Source of the DNA: Okeania sp.
GTDB lineage: Bacteria; Cyanobacteriota; Cyanobacteriia; Cyanobacteriales; Microcoleaceae
Length of the DNA stretch: 22,749 nucleotides
Direction: 5' to 3'
NCBI RefSeq assembly: GCF_035285525.1
Contig: NZ_JAYKGW010000127.1
Coordinates: 1 to 22,749, forward strand
Of this stretch, positions 14,342 through 22,749 are shown in pieces (positions within the stretch are counted from its first letter, which is position 1; each line of letters begins with the position of its first letter). Below the pieces are notes generated by a model that searched no databases, had not been told where the DNA came from, and worked only from the letters and a program-made list of their open reading frames with translations. A program made the translations under genes and the position numbers.

Positions 14342-15640
14342 ATGGACAATTCGGATTTAATTTTAGTAGTAGATGATACTCCTGCTAATTTAGCAGTTCT
14401 TTCTGAAGCCTTAAATGATGCTGGCTTTGAAGTAGCGATCGCTACAGATGGAGAATTAGCTATTAGTCAAGCCGAATTAAGTTTACCAAGTTTAATTTTG
14501 CTTGACATAATGATGCCTGGTATAGATGGTTTTGAAACTTGTCGCCGTCTCAAAGCCTCTGAAATAACTCAAAATATACCTATAATTTTTATGACTGCTC
14601 TGAGTGATTCGACTGATAAAATCAAGGGACTTAACTTAGGAGCAGTTGATTATGTCACTAAACCATTTGAAGAAGCAGAATTAATTGCCCGCGTCAAAAC
14701 ACAGTTAAAACTATACCATCTCACAGAAAACTTAGAAAATCAAGTAGCTGAACGTACCAGAAAACTAGAAGAAACTTTACATCAGTTGCAGCAGTCCCAA
14801 GTTCAGTTAATACAATCAGAAAAAATGGCAGCTCTAGGACAGTTGGTTGCCGGAGTTGCCCATGAAATAAATAACCCTGTTAATTTTATTCATGCTAACC
14901 TTAAGTATATAGAAGAATATACACAAATATTTTTAGATTTTTTAGAACTCTATCAAAAAAACTACCCTAATCCTGTTGATGAAATTCAAGAGCAAGCTGA
15001 AGATATTGACTTAGAATTTTTGCAGTCAGACGTAACTAAAATGCTCGCTTCGATGAAAATAGGTACTGAACGTATCAAAGAAATAGTATTTTCCCTGCGA
15101 AATTTTTCTCGTATGGATGAAGCTGAATTTAAAGATGTTGATATTCACGAAGGTATTGAAAGCACTCTATTAATTTTGCAACATCGCTTGAAAGCTCAAC
15201 CTCAACGTCCAGAGATTAAAATAATTCGGGAGTATGGTAGATTACCTTCTGTAGAATGCTATTCTGGTCAGCTCAACCAAGTATTTATGAATATTTTGGC
15301 AAACGCTATTGAAGCTCTAGAAGAGGCCAATGCTAAACTTACATATCAAGAAATTGAGGATAACCTGAATCAGATTTTAATTCATACATCTGTAATTAAT
15401 GAAGAATTAGTACAGATTATAATTGCAGACAATGGTTGTGGCATTCCAGAACACATTAGACAGCGCGTTTTTGACCCATTTTTCACCACCAAACCTGTAG
15501 GCAAAGGAACAGGTATGGGTTTGTCCATTAGCTATCAAATTGTTGTTGAAAAACATAAAGGTCAACTTAAATGTTGTTCAGAAGTTGGAGGCGGTACAAA
15601 GTTTGTGATTCAAATCCCAATCTATCAGACAAAAGAGTAG
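14342..15640 (+). CDS. Response-regulator receiver fused to a histidine kinase (REC, coiled coil, HisKA-like, HATPase_c)
   Basis: The REC domain has ILVVDDTPANL...LILLDIMMPGIDGFE...DYVTKPF. The H-box is LVAGVAHEINNPVNFI. The N box is VFMNILANAIEA. The G boxes are IADNGCGIP and GKGTGMGLSIS. Confidence 0.9.
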   Translation: MDNSDLILVVDDTPANLAVLSEALNDAGFEVAIATDGELAISQAELSLPSLILLDIMMPGIDGFETCRRLKASEITQNIPIIFMTALSDSTDKIKGLNLGAVDYVTKPFEEAELIARVKTQLKLYHLTENLENQVAERTRKLEETLHQLQQSQVQLIQSEKMAALGQLVAGVAHEINNPVNFIHANLKYIEEYTQIFLDFLELYQKNYPNPVDEIQEQAEDIDLEFLQSDVTKMLASMKIGTERIKEIVFSLRNFSRMDEAEFKDVDIHEGIESTLLILQHRLKAQPQRPEIKIIREYGRLPSVECYSGQLNQVFMNILANAIEALEEANAKLTYQEIEDNLNQILIHTSVINEELVQIIIADNGCGIPEHIRQRVFDPFFTTKPVGKGTGMGLSISYQIVVEKHKGQLKCCSEVGGGTKFVIQIPIYQTKE

Positions 15641-15910
15641 GGAATTTTATTTCACTTATCAGTTATATCATGTCCGTTTCAATACTTATACTTTGGAAGA
15701 AGGAAGGCACAAGGTATAAGGGAAAGAAAAGTTCAAAAGCCAACAAATCACTGCCTGATTGGCAACCAGAACCCTTGATTTTCCAGAGCTACACCATTCC
15801 AGTCTGGTAAAAAGTTGTCGATGTGTAAGTTTTTTGAGGATTTTAATGTTTATCATTATTAAGTTATGATAATCTAGGAAAATAGTCTTATATTCACTAT
15901 CCCCCATCTC

Positions 15911-15958
15911 CTCATCCCCTCATCTCCTCATCCGCTCATCCCCTCATCCCCTCATCAC
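15911..15958. repeat. Imperfect octanucleotide tandem repeat (CTCATCCC-like) x6
   Basis: CTCATCCC CTCATCTC CTCATCCG CTCATCCC CTCATCCC CTCATCAC, read directly. Confidence 0.85.
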
Positions 15959-16237
15959 TCTACACTAATGTTATAAATCCAGTTAGGGGTTCTATAAATA
16001 AAGAGAATTGGCTAAAAGGAATTTTTGTCTTAGTTTATCAATAAATGGAGAGGCTTCATACCTTAAATTTTTCGGTAGTTTTGGGTAAGTCCTAATTAAT
16101 TACTATGGACTTTCCTCTTTTTATTTTAAACTTGAATAATCAGGCATAATTGTGGGATTCTTATTATATAATCAACAAATTATCTAAAATCTAAAAAAAC
16201 TTAATATAACAACTAATTAACTGGCCCATAATTCAGA

Positions 16238-16975
16238 ATGTTAAAAACATCAATTCCATCTATTAAAGAACAACTAAATCCCTTAGTATCTGAACTAGCA
16301 GATAATATAGAAGCAGTTTGGCAACGCTACCTGGACCTAGAACCATATCATCTACCAGAAGAGCTAGGTTATGTAGAAGGCCGTCTCGAAGGGGAAAAAT
16401 TAACAATTGAAAACAAATGTTATCAAACTCCCCAGTTCCGTAAGCTACATCTAGAACTAGCCAAAATAGGCCAGGGATTAGATATATTGCACTGTGTCAT
16501 GTTTCCCAGAACAAGTTACGCCCTACCTATGTTTGGTACAGATTTAGTAGGGGCAAGAGGCCAAATAAGTGCAGCAGTGGTCGATCTATCACCCCTAAGT
16601 CAAGACGGAAAACTATCAGAAGTATATGACTATCAACTCCAAACTTTACCGAGCCAAGAATTTTCTCATCATCGGCAACTGCCAGAATGGGGGGAAATAT
16701 TTTCTGAATTTTGTCTATTTATTCGACCAACTGGTGTAGAGGAAGAAAAAAGATTTCTATCAATAGTAGAATCTTATCTGGAAATACATTGTCAACAAGC
16801 GATCGCCCAAAAACCTGTTACTTCCGAAAAACAACTGGAGATTCTCAAAGCTCAACGACATTATTCCACTCAACAGAGACAAAATGACAAAACTCGGCGA
16901 GTTTTGGAAAAAGCTTTTGGGTCAGAATGGACGGATTATTATTTGACCAATGTATTGTTTGACAATCCTGATTAG
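16238..16975 (+). CDS. pcyA: Phycocyanobilin:ferredoxin oxidoreductase
   Basis: The 245-aa product is collinear with remembered PcyA sequences. Matching blocks are ELGYVEGRLEGEKLTIENKCYQTPQFRKLHLELAK, LDILHCVMFPR, LPMFGTDLVGARGQISAAVVDLSP, and the C-terminal QRQNDKTRRVLEKAFG. Confidence 0.9.
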   Translation: MLKTSIPSIKEQLNPLVSELADNIEAVWQRYLDLEPYHLPEELGYVEGRLEGEKLTIENKCYQTPQFRKLHLELAKIGQGLDILHCVMFPRTSYALPMFGTDLVGARGQISAAVVDLSPLSQDGKLSEVYDYQLQTLPSQEFSHHRQLPEWGEIFSEFCLFIRPTGVEEEKRFLSIVESYLEIHCQQAIAQKPVTSEKQLEILKAQRHYSTQQRQNDKTRRVLEKAFGSEWTDYYLTNVLFDNPD

Positions 16976-17459
16976 AAATTTTGGGAATAGGGAACAGGGA
17001 ACCTCGAAGGGAGGTTATAAAAAATATTTTCTATCAACAGCAGAAAATTTTGATTATGACTAAGTTAATAAAACTTGATATAGCAGAATAGCGATCGCTT
17101 CTTTGATCGGAACCGAAGGTAAGGGGGTGGAAATTTCTAAATATGGAAATAAAGTTTAGTCAGAGATTATTTCTGACTCCATCTAGTCCTATATAAACCT
17201 ATTTATTGATATATTTTTCTCTTGGTTGATTTAGTTAAAGTTTACTGAATAAATCTAAAAGTATTTATATATCAAGATTAAAGGTTTTTTTGAGTCAAAA
17301 AAAGTGCTAATAAATTACTAAGTTAATGTTTAAAATTTTAGATTTTTCCTCAGCAAACTAGGAAAAATGTAGAAAAATTAACATCTACAACTATTGCCCA
17401 TGGCCTCCATACCCATTGCCTACCTTCAGCAAGAAACTTTTGAGCGCCAACCCTAATTA

Positions 17460-18323
17460 TTATCTCTGAATTTTTGTGGTTTTACTTAAATCTTTGATAT
17501 GGGTTTTTCCAGATTGTCCGACCGCTCCTTTAGTTATATTTTTCTTATGTAAAGGTGGTTTTGGTGATGATAGAGTAGGATTTTTAACTGTAGGTCTATT
17601 AGTCCGAAATAGAACCCCATCGTGAGATTGTTCTAAGACCAACATTGGTACTGGTTTGGCTTTTTGATCCCAATCAATATGTACAATTCGACCTTGAATA
17701 GTAGGAGTCCAGTTATCATGGTCATCACTAGGACTAAGATAGGTTTCTAAACAATCAATAATTTGATTAATAGTTTGAGAAGTTGCTTGAGTGGGTAATT
17801 TGGTTAGTTTAATTGATATGCGAAATAATACTCTTTTTTTCAGGTCTTTACCTGCTTCTCCAGTCTCATATTCTATCTCAAACATAGAATCAATTTGTCG
17901 TCCACTTGGATTTCCTTTTTCTCCTGCTGATACTTGAGTAGGGCGCAGTGCCACACTAATTTTTTGTTGGACTTTGACCTTAATTTGATTGACAATAGCA
18001 AAATGGAAAACTTCCTCTGCCATCCGCATTCTTAAGTAATCTAAATTAAATTCCCGAGAATGGATAAGGTCAGGATTTTTTTCCATTTTAGCAATAGTTG
18101 CTACAGCTAGTTTATACTTTTTATAGAGGTCTTTATTTCTAAATTCCTCTACACTAATTTTTTTATGAAATTGTTTAATTTTGACTTTGTGAAATATACC
18201 CAAAATAATTAGCAATACTAACATTAATCCAGATGTACCCATCCAAATATATTCTGCTTTTGGCAAATTTGGTGTGGGAGAGGTTTGGGCTAACTTTGGT
18301 TCCACAAAAATAATTGGTGTCAT
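17460..18323 (-). CDS. Hypothetical single-pass membrane protein, 287 aa
   Basis: ATG ORF with one hydrophobic segment (WMGTSGLMLVLLIILGIF) followed by a basic stretch. I recognise no family. Confidence 0.6.
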   Translation of the reverse strand: MTPIIFVEPKLAQTSPTPNLPKAEYIWMGTSGLMLVLLIILGIFHKVKIKQFHKKISVEEFRNKDLYKKYKLAVATIAKMEKNPDLIHSREFNLDYLRMRMAEEVFHFAIVNQIKVKVQQKISVALRPTQVSAGEKGNPSGRQIDSMFEIEYETGEAGKDLKKRVLFRISIKLTKLPTQATSQTINQIIDCLETYLSPSDDHDNWTPTIQGRIVHIDWDQKAKPVPMLVLEQSHDGVLFRTNRPTVKNPTLSSPKPPLHKKNITKGAVGQSGKTHIKDLSKTTKIQR

Positions 18324-18324
18324 T

Positions 18325-18346
18325 TCAGTTAATCAGTTATCAGTTA
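18325..18346. repeat. Heptamer repeat (TCAGTTA) x3 with one extra base, abutting the start codon of the 17460-18323 gene
   Basis: The plus strand reads CAT|T TCAGTTA A TCAGTTA TCAGTTA TCTG. In the gene's sense it reads ...GATAACTGATAACTGATTAACTGAA-ATG. Confidence 0.7.
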
Positions 18347-19019
18347 TCTGTACATAAGGCTAAAGTCAGAGCCTTGAAAACCATAATTTTCTTTTTTATC
18401 CCCCCAAAAAGAGGAGATTTGAGACTTTATTTCTTGTTCGATATTTTTAATGTAAATTCCTGATAGTATAGTTATAGATCTGGTTATTAATTGGCCGAAA
18501 AATTATAGCCCTACCTATTACCGAAAAATTTCAGATTTAGTGAGAGCCAGAATTTATACTAAGTCTAGTTTAGATATGAGATTTATGAAAAGGGGTAAGG
18601 CACTTATGCTGGAGACAGGAGGGAGAAAAGTGAAAAGGATTGGACTAAGTAGTTTTTCATAACCGGATTTGGTATTAATATCTTATGCACTGCTAATCCA
18701 AGGACTTCTCTATCTGATTCTGTATAGGTTGTTGAAAATAACGAAACCTATAGGTATAATATACACCCTGATATGACTTTACTTAATGGTGGATAAAGTA
18801 TAGATTAATTATATAGCAATTTACCAAGTTATGAGTACAGTTGTCTTTCTTCTTTTCTTTGCCCTCTTTTCTTTTGGTCAGCATTCTGCAACCGAGCTGT
18901 CGTCATCTCAGTTTCTGAACGCTACTTAGGATCAAAATAGAAATATATATCTTAAATAACTCTGGGAAATACTATAACAATCTGTAAATAAGTTGTAACA
19001 AATCAAAAAGTAAATAAAC

Positions 19020-19120
19020 AGGACTTACGCAAAGCAACACAATTTTGTCATTGCCAGCGACAGCGTTTTGCTCTGGGACATGAATGGGTCCCATGACTTC
19101 AGGAAAGCCATCTCAAATGC
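19020..19120. mobile_element. Solo left end / truncated copy of the AGGACTTACGCA-family element
   Basis: AGGACTTACGCAAAGCAACAC... starts at 19020. I found no matching right terminus downstream, so the end coordinate is approximate. Confidence 0.35.
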
Positions 19121-19198
19121 CTAAAAATAGTTAATCATGGGATGAAACACCATATCCAATTGACCAAGAAAAAATCAATTCAGTAAAACCAGAGGTAC

Positions 19199-19229
19199 TG
19201 ATAACTGATAACTGATAACTGATAACTGA
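19199..19229. repeat. Perfect heptamer tandem repeat (TGATAAC) x4, plus TGA, ending 1 nt before the dnaX ATG
   Basis: TGATAAC at 19199, 19206, 19213 and 19220, then TGAA-ATG (19231). Confidence 0.9.
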
Positions 19230-19230
19230 A

Positions 19231-21270
19231 ATGGCCTACGAACCTCTCCATCATAAATATCGTCCTCAAACTTTTGCCGACTTAGTGGGTCAAGATGCGA
19301 TCGCTCAAACTCTGACTAATGCTATCCAAACCCAACGGATCGCCCCAGCATATTTATTTACTGGACCCAGGGGTACAGGGAAAACCTCTAGCGCTCGAAT
19401 TTTTGCCAAATCTCTAAATTGTCTCTCCCATGACCACCCGACCCCCAGTCCTTGTGGTACTTGTAATGTTTGTACGGGTATTATCAAAGGGTCAACTCTG
19501 GATGTTATCGAAATTGATGCTGCTAGTAATACTGGTGTGGACAATATTAGGGAATTAATAGAAAGGGCACAATTTGCACCTGTCCAATGTCGCTACAAAG
19601 TATATGTGATAGATGAAGTCCACATGTTGTCAGTATCGGCTTTCAATGCTTTGCTGAAAACTTTGGAGGAACCACCAGACCGAGTGGTATTTATTTTGGC
19701 AACCACAGACCCCCAGAGAGTTTTAGCGACTATTATTTCTCGTTGTCAACGTTTTGATTTTAGAAGAATACCTCTGGAGCCAATGGTCAAACATTTGGAT
19801 CATATTGCAACTGAGGAAAAAATTGATATTGTAACTGAAGCGATACAGATGGTAGGTCAAATTGCTCAAGGTGGGTTGCGGGATGCGGAGAGTTTGTTAG
19901 ATCAGTTGAGTTTGTTGGCGGGTGAAATTACGGTTGAACGAGTTTGGGATTTGGTGGGAGCGGTTCCGGAACGAGATTTAATGGTATTGTTGTCAGCGAT
20001 CGCTTCGGATAATTCGACTCAGGTATTGGAATGTACTCGTCAAATTATGGATAGGGGTCGGGAACCGATTATTGTATTGCAAAATTTGGCAGGGTTTTAT
20101 CGAGATTTATTGATAGCAAAAACTGCGCCGACAAGTGAAAATTTAGTGGCGTTGACTAGACCTACTTGGGAAGAGCTTTGTCAATTTTCTCAAAGGTGGG
20201 AAATTAGCACTATTTTGGCTGGTCAAAGACATTTACAAATGTCGGAAGTTCAAATTAAGAATACTACTCAACCTCGTTTATGGTTGGAGGTAACTTTATT
20301 AGGATTATTGCCTTCTGCATTGACAAGTTCAAAAGTAATAGTTGAACATTTACCGCAACGACAAATAACCAGAGAAACAAGTCAAAATATTTCGGTTCCA
20401 ACTACTCCAAATACTTCTACTCAAGTTGAATCAAAACCATCTGTGTTTCAACCTCAAAAACCAAAAATATCGGAGACAAAAGAAATTTATTCTGTCTCAA
20501 AAAATGAGGAAGATTTAGTTGGTTCGGAAGCGGTTAATATTAATCCTGAAGAAGGGAATTTAGTAGAGATTTGGCAACAGGTACTGAATAAAATTACAGC
20601 GCCAGGTACTAAACAATTGTTGGAACAACATGGAATATTATTAAGCTTTAATGGTCAAGTAGCTCATATTGGTATTCGTTTTCCGGCTTGGTTAAAAAGA
20701 ATATCTGATAAAGCTTCTATGATTGAGGCAGCTTTTGAAAAAGTTTTTAATCAGTCAATTAAGGTAAAAATAGAGCTAGCTAATTCTAGTCAGAATAATA
20801 ATTCTCAAAATAGAAATATAAATTCTGTAAATACGACTAGAAAAGACTATCAAAAAACTCAACTTGAAAAGGAGAAAGAAACTGATAGTTCTGATGATAA
20901 GGTTCCAGAAAATCAACCAGATACTTCTCCGTTATCTGATTCAATAAATTATCAGAAAGAAAATAAAATTATCCCAGAAAATTATGTTTATAAACATCAA
21001 TTAAATGATGTGAATAAACAGGAAAAATATGCTCAAAAAGGAAGACAGACTGTGGCGATCGCTACTCGTCGAATAGTTGATTTTTTTCAGGGAGAAATAG
21101 TAGATATAGGGTCAATTAAATCAGCAGATAAAAGTGATTTACCTGTTATTTATGAGTATTCTGATTTATCTATTGATTCTCAAATTATTGAGTCTGAAAA
21201 TAGTAATGTTGGTATAGATGAACTTGAAGAAAATCAAGAAATTGAGTTGAATGATGATATTGAATTTTAA
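19231..21270 (+). CDS. dnaX: DNA polymerase III subunit gamma/tau
   Basis: N-terminal clamp-loader motifs are HKYRPQTFADLVGQ, Walker A GPRGTGKTS, and the Zn module CLSHDHPTPSPCGTCNVCTGI. Walker B is VYVIDEVHMLS, with ALLKTLEEPP and the SRC motif IISRCQRFDF. A long, low-complexity N/S/Q-rich and acidic C-terminal region follows. Confidence 0.93.
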   Translation: MAYEPLHHKYRPQTFADLVGQDAIAQTLTNAIQTQRIAPAYLFTGPRGTGKTSSARIFAKSLNCLSHDHPTPSPCGTCNVCTGIIKGSTLDVIEIDAASNTGVDNIRELIERAQFAPVQCRYKVYVIDEVHMLSVSAFNALLKTLEEPPDRVVFILATTDPQRVLATIISRCQRFDFRRIPLEPMVKHLDHIATEEKIDIVTEAIQMVGQIAQGGLRDAESLLDQLSLLAGEITVERVWDLVGAVPERDLMVLLSAIASDNSTQVLECTRQIMDRGREPIIVLQNLAGFYRDLLIAKTAPTSENLVALTRPTWEELCQFSQRWEISTILAGQRHLQMSEVQIKNTTQPRLWLEVTLLGLLPSALTSSKVIVEHLPQRQITRETSQNISVPTTPNTSTQVESKPSVFQPQKPKISETKEIYSVSKNEEDLVGSEAVNINPEEGNLVEIWQQVLNKITAPGTKQLLEQHGILLSFNGQVAHIGIRFPAWLKRISDKASMIEAAFEKVFNQSIKVKIELANSSQNNNSQNRNINSVNTTRKDYQKTQLEKEKETDSSDDKVPENQPDTSPLSDSINYQKENKIIPENYVYKHQLNDVNKQEKYAQKGRQTVAIATRRIVDFFQGEIVDIGSIKSADKSDLPVIYEYSDLSIDSQIIESENSNVGIDELEENQEIELNDDIEF

Positions 21271-21401
21271 CCTGATTTTTTTGGGTTGAATAGCCAAACT
21301 TCTAGGGTGCGCTAGATAGCTTGAATCGAGATTATAAAAGGAATTAAGCAATCCGTCGTAATGCACCATTTTAGCTTGGTCATATCAATAATAATATCAT
21401 C

Positions 21402-21489
21402 AGGACTTACGCAAAGGTACTATATGTGGAGTTAAAAAACTATTGTGCAATAGTTTTAAGCACTATATCTAGCGTGGTTGCGTAAGTCC
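21402..21489. mobile_element. Complete short MITE of the AGGACTTACGCA family
   Basis: AGGACTTACGCAAAGGTACTATATGTGGAGTTAAAAAACTATTGTGCAATAGTTTTAAGCACTATATCTAGCGTGGTTGCGTAAGTCC. It has 11-12 nt inverted termini (GGACTTACGCAA/TTGCGTAAGTCC). Confidence 0.7.
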
Positions 21490-21594
21490 CGATCGTTCTT
21501 TTGATTCGCGATCGCAACTATAGCAATGTACGCACTTAATCTTTACAAATCGCAGGAGCTGTCCAATAGCTAAAAGCCTTATATTATCGGCGAT

Positions 21595-22542
21595 TCATTC
21601 TCCCTGTTCCCACCTTCTGTGTTCCCTGTTCCCTGCGGGCAGCGCTATATTTTCAGAATTATCTTCATAATCAGGACAATAGAGTTTATTAGGGACATCA
21701 GTAGGAAAACCTGTAGGGTGCATTTGACACAACACTCCATCATCAGAAAAGGTAGAAAACTTACACTTTAAACATAATTTATTCTGATATTTTAACTTCT
21801 GTATATATAACCCTTTTAATGCAGAATTATATCTATGATTCAGAACAATTTTATTGCGTTTGACAAGCCATTCTGAATATTCATCAGCATTATCTTTCAG
21901 GAATTGCCTAACTCTTAAAAGCTGATATAATTTCATAGGTGGGGACTTTTTGTAATGTGGATTAGGTACAATTTTATCTGGATTTCCCAGTTTTTTTATC
22001 CAACCTTCAGATAAGCTGTATTCTGATTTTAATGTTTTTTTAGTAATATAGTTTAATCCATCACCTGATTGAGTATCTTTCTGATCGTAATAATATTCCC
22101 ACTTCAGGGTTATTGTACCTGAAACTAAACCATAATTGCCTATAATTCCTATAGGTTTAGTCTCTGGTTTTGGCTCTAATTTTTCTTCTTTCATTTGCCG
22201 AAGAGAAATAGGATTTCTCGGCATATCTTGTGTATTCTTATAAGCTCGCGGCAATGTTTTGTCCGTAATCAATGTATCTTTTAAGGAATAAATATAGCGT
22301 GTAACATCCCGTTTTTTACTATATGTATAAATTCTATTATCCTGGTATGCTATAGGTTTAGCACCAGGTTTAAGATAACGATTTAATAATTCCAACATAT
22401 TTTCAGTAGTCTCATTTTTTTTGTCTATTCTTATTTCTAAACCTGGGCAATCGTCTGATTTAGGTATAGACTTAAATTGTCTGCCACATATTTTACAGCT
22501 TTTAGTTTTTTTATCGTAATCGTGATCAGTGAATTTGTTCAT
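21595..22542 (-). CDS. Hypothetical Lys-rich protein with an N-terminal CxxC zinc-ribbon-like motif and a C-terminal Cys/His cluster
   Basis: 315-aa ATG ORF in very AT-rich DNA. The N-terminus has SCKICGRQF...DDCPG. The C-terminus has LCLKCKFSTFSDDGVLCQMHPTGFPTDVPNKLYCPDYE. The last ~12 codons are encoded by a GGGAACA-type repeat. Confidence 0.6.
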   Translation of the reverse strand: MNKFTDHDYDKKTKSCKICGRQFKSIPKSDDCPGLEIRIDKKNETTENMLELLNRYLKPGAKPIAYQDNRIYTYSKKRDVTRYIYSLKDTLITDKTLPRAYKNTQDMPRNPISLRQMKEEKLEPKPETKPIGIIGNYGLVSGTITLKWEYYYDQKDTQSGDGLNYITKKTLKSEYSLSEGWIKKLGNPDKIVPNPHYKKSPPMKLYQLLRVRQFLKDNADEYSEWLVKRNKIVLNHRYNSALKGLYIQKLKYQNKLCLKCKFSTFSDDGVLCQMHPTGFPTDVPNKLYCPDYEDNSENIALPAGNREHRRWEQGE

Positions 22543-22635
22543 TTTTTTATTCCTATTTTTTATAAACAGTAGGGGCGGGTTACGGTTCCCGAAAAATCAC
22601 AACGAAAGTTAACGACTCTTATCTAGAAATTACAT

Positions 22636-22749
22636 AAACCCATCCCTACAATAATCGACAGGGCGGGTTTAGCTAAATCTGAGAGTCAACCAAAACATCT
22701 CTAGAAAAACCCATCCCTACAATAATCGACAGGGCGGGTTTAGCTAAAT
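22636..22749. repeat. Tandem direct repeat with a 71-bp period (two copies seen, second one cut by the window end)
   Basis: AAACCCATCCCTACAATAATCGACAGGGCGGGTTTAGCTAAAT occurs at 22636-22678 and again at 22707-22749. Each copy contains an imperfect palindrome (AAACCCATCCCT / AGGGCGGGTTT). A related GTAGGGGCGGGTTACGG is at about 22570. Confidence 0.7.

Noticed and set aside
15571-15907. ORFs 15571-15810 (+) and 15686-15907 (-)
   Set aside because: The first overlaps the 3' end of the kinase gene out of frame and runs through a solo MITE end. The second is antisense to it and runs into the octamer repeat. Both are likely spurious.
19305-19544. 79-aa minus-strand ORF
   Set aside because: It is antisense to the most conserved part of dnaX.
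20440-20870. Programmed -1 frameshift site in dnaX (gamma/tau as in E. coli)
   Set aside because: The A-rich runs (for example CAAAAAACT at about 20851 and CAAAAAATG at about 20495) are not in the X_XXY_YYZ register relative to the reading frame. I saw no downstream stem-loop. This is not supportable from sequence alone.
21166-21369. 67-aa minus-strand ORF
   Set aside because: It is antisense to the dnaX 3' end and has an AT-rich shadow frame.
22636-22749. Possible CRISPR array
   Set aside because: Only two repeat copies are visible. The intervening segments share sequence (TCTAGAAA). The repeat does not resemble the cyanobacterial CRISPR repeats I know (…ATTGAAAC-type ends). No cas gene is in the window. 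I therefore call it a tandem repeat.

Overview
The window is cyanobacterial chromosomal DNA that looks Nostocales-like. This is an inference from 12 HIP1 octamers (GCGATCGC) between 5195 and 21515, heptamer tandem repeats, many small palindromic dispersed repeats, and a clear pcyA gene.

Layout:
- 1-4.5 kb: an AT-rich, HIP1-free accessory stretch. It starts with the 3' end of an IS630-type transposase and carries small unknown ORFs on the + strand, several of them broken by in-frame stops or a frameshift.
- 3.8-8.4 kb, minus strand: a co-oriented cluster of a MoxR-type AAA+ ATPase (7282-8367), a vWA protein with a DUF2201-like N-domain whose HExxH motif is degenerate (4538-5872), and a zinc deaminase of the cytidine-deaminase fold (3834-4397). 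The ATPase and vWA genes are visibly more G+C-rich than their surroundings. About 1.4 kb of mobile debris (two TA-flanked MITEs, a palindromic repeat, a decayed Uma2 nuclease gene, another MITE) separates them. This cluster is my best candidate for an uncharacterised system, but the deaminase link is uncertain.
- 8.4-9.85 kb: a gene graveyard, with one small gene killed by a MITE plus a homopolymer frameshift, and more MITEs.
- 9.9-15.6 kb: a signalling block. A PhnD-like periplasmic binding protein is translationally coupled to a CHASE3-HAMP hybrid histidine kinase. A repeat-filled 1.27 kb gap follows, then a receiver-histidine kinase.
- 16.2-21.3 kb: housekeeping genes pcyA and dnaX, with an unknown single-pass membrane protein gene between them.
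- 21.6-22.5 kb: an AT-rich, Cys-rich unknown gene flanked by repeats. A 71-bp-period tandem repeat runs off the window end.

I found no rRNA, tRNA or convincing CRISPR array. All homology statements come from motif recognition by eye, not from searches.
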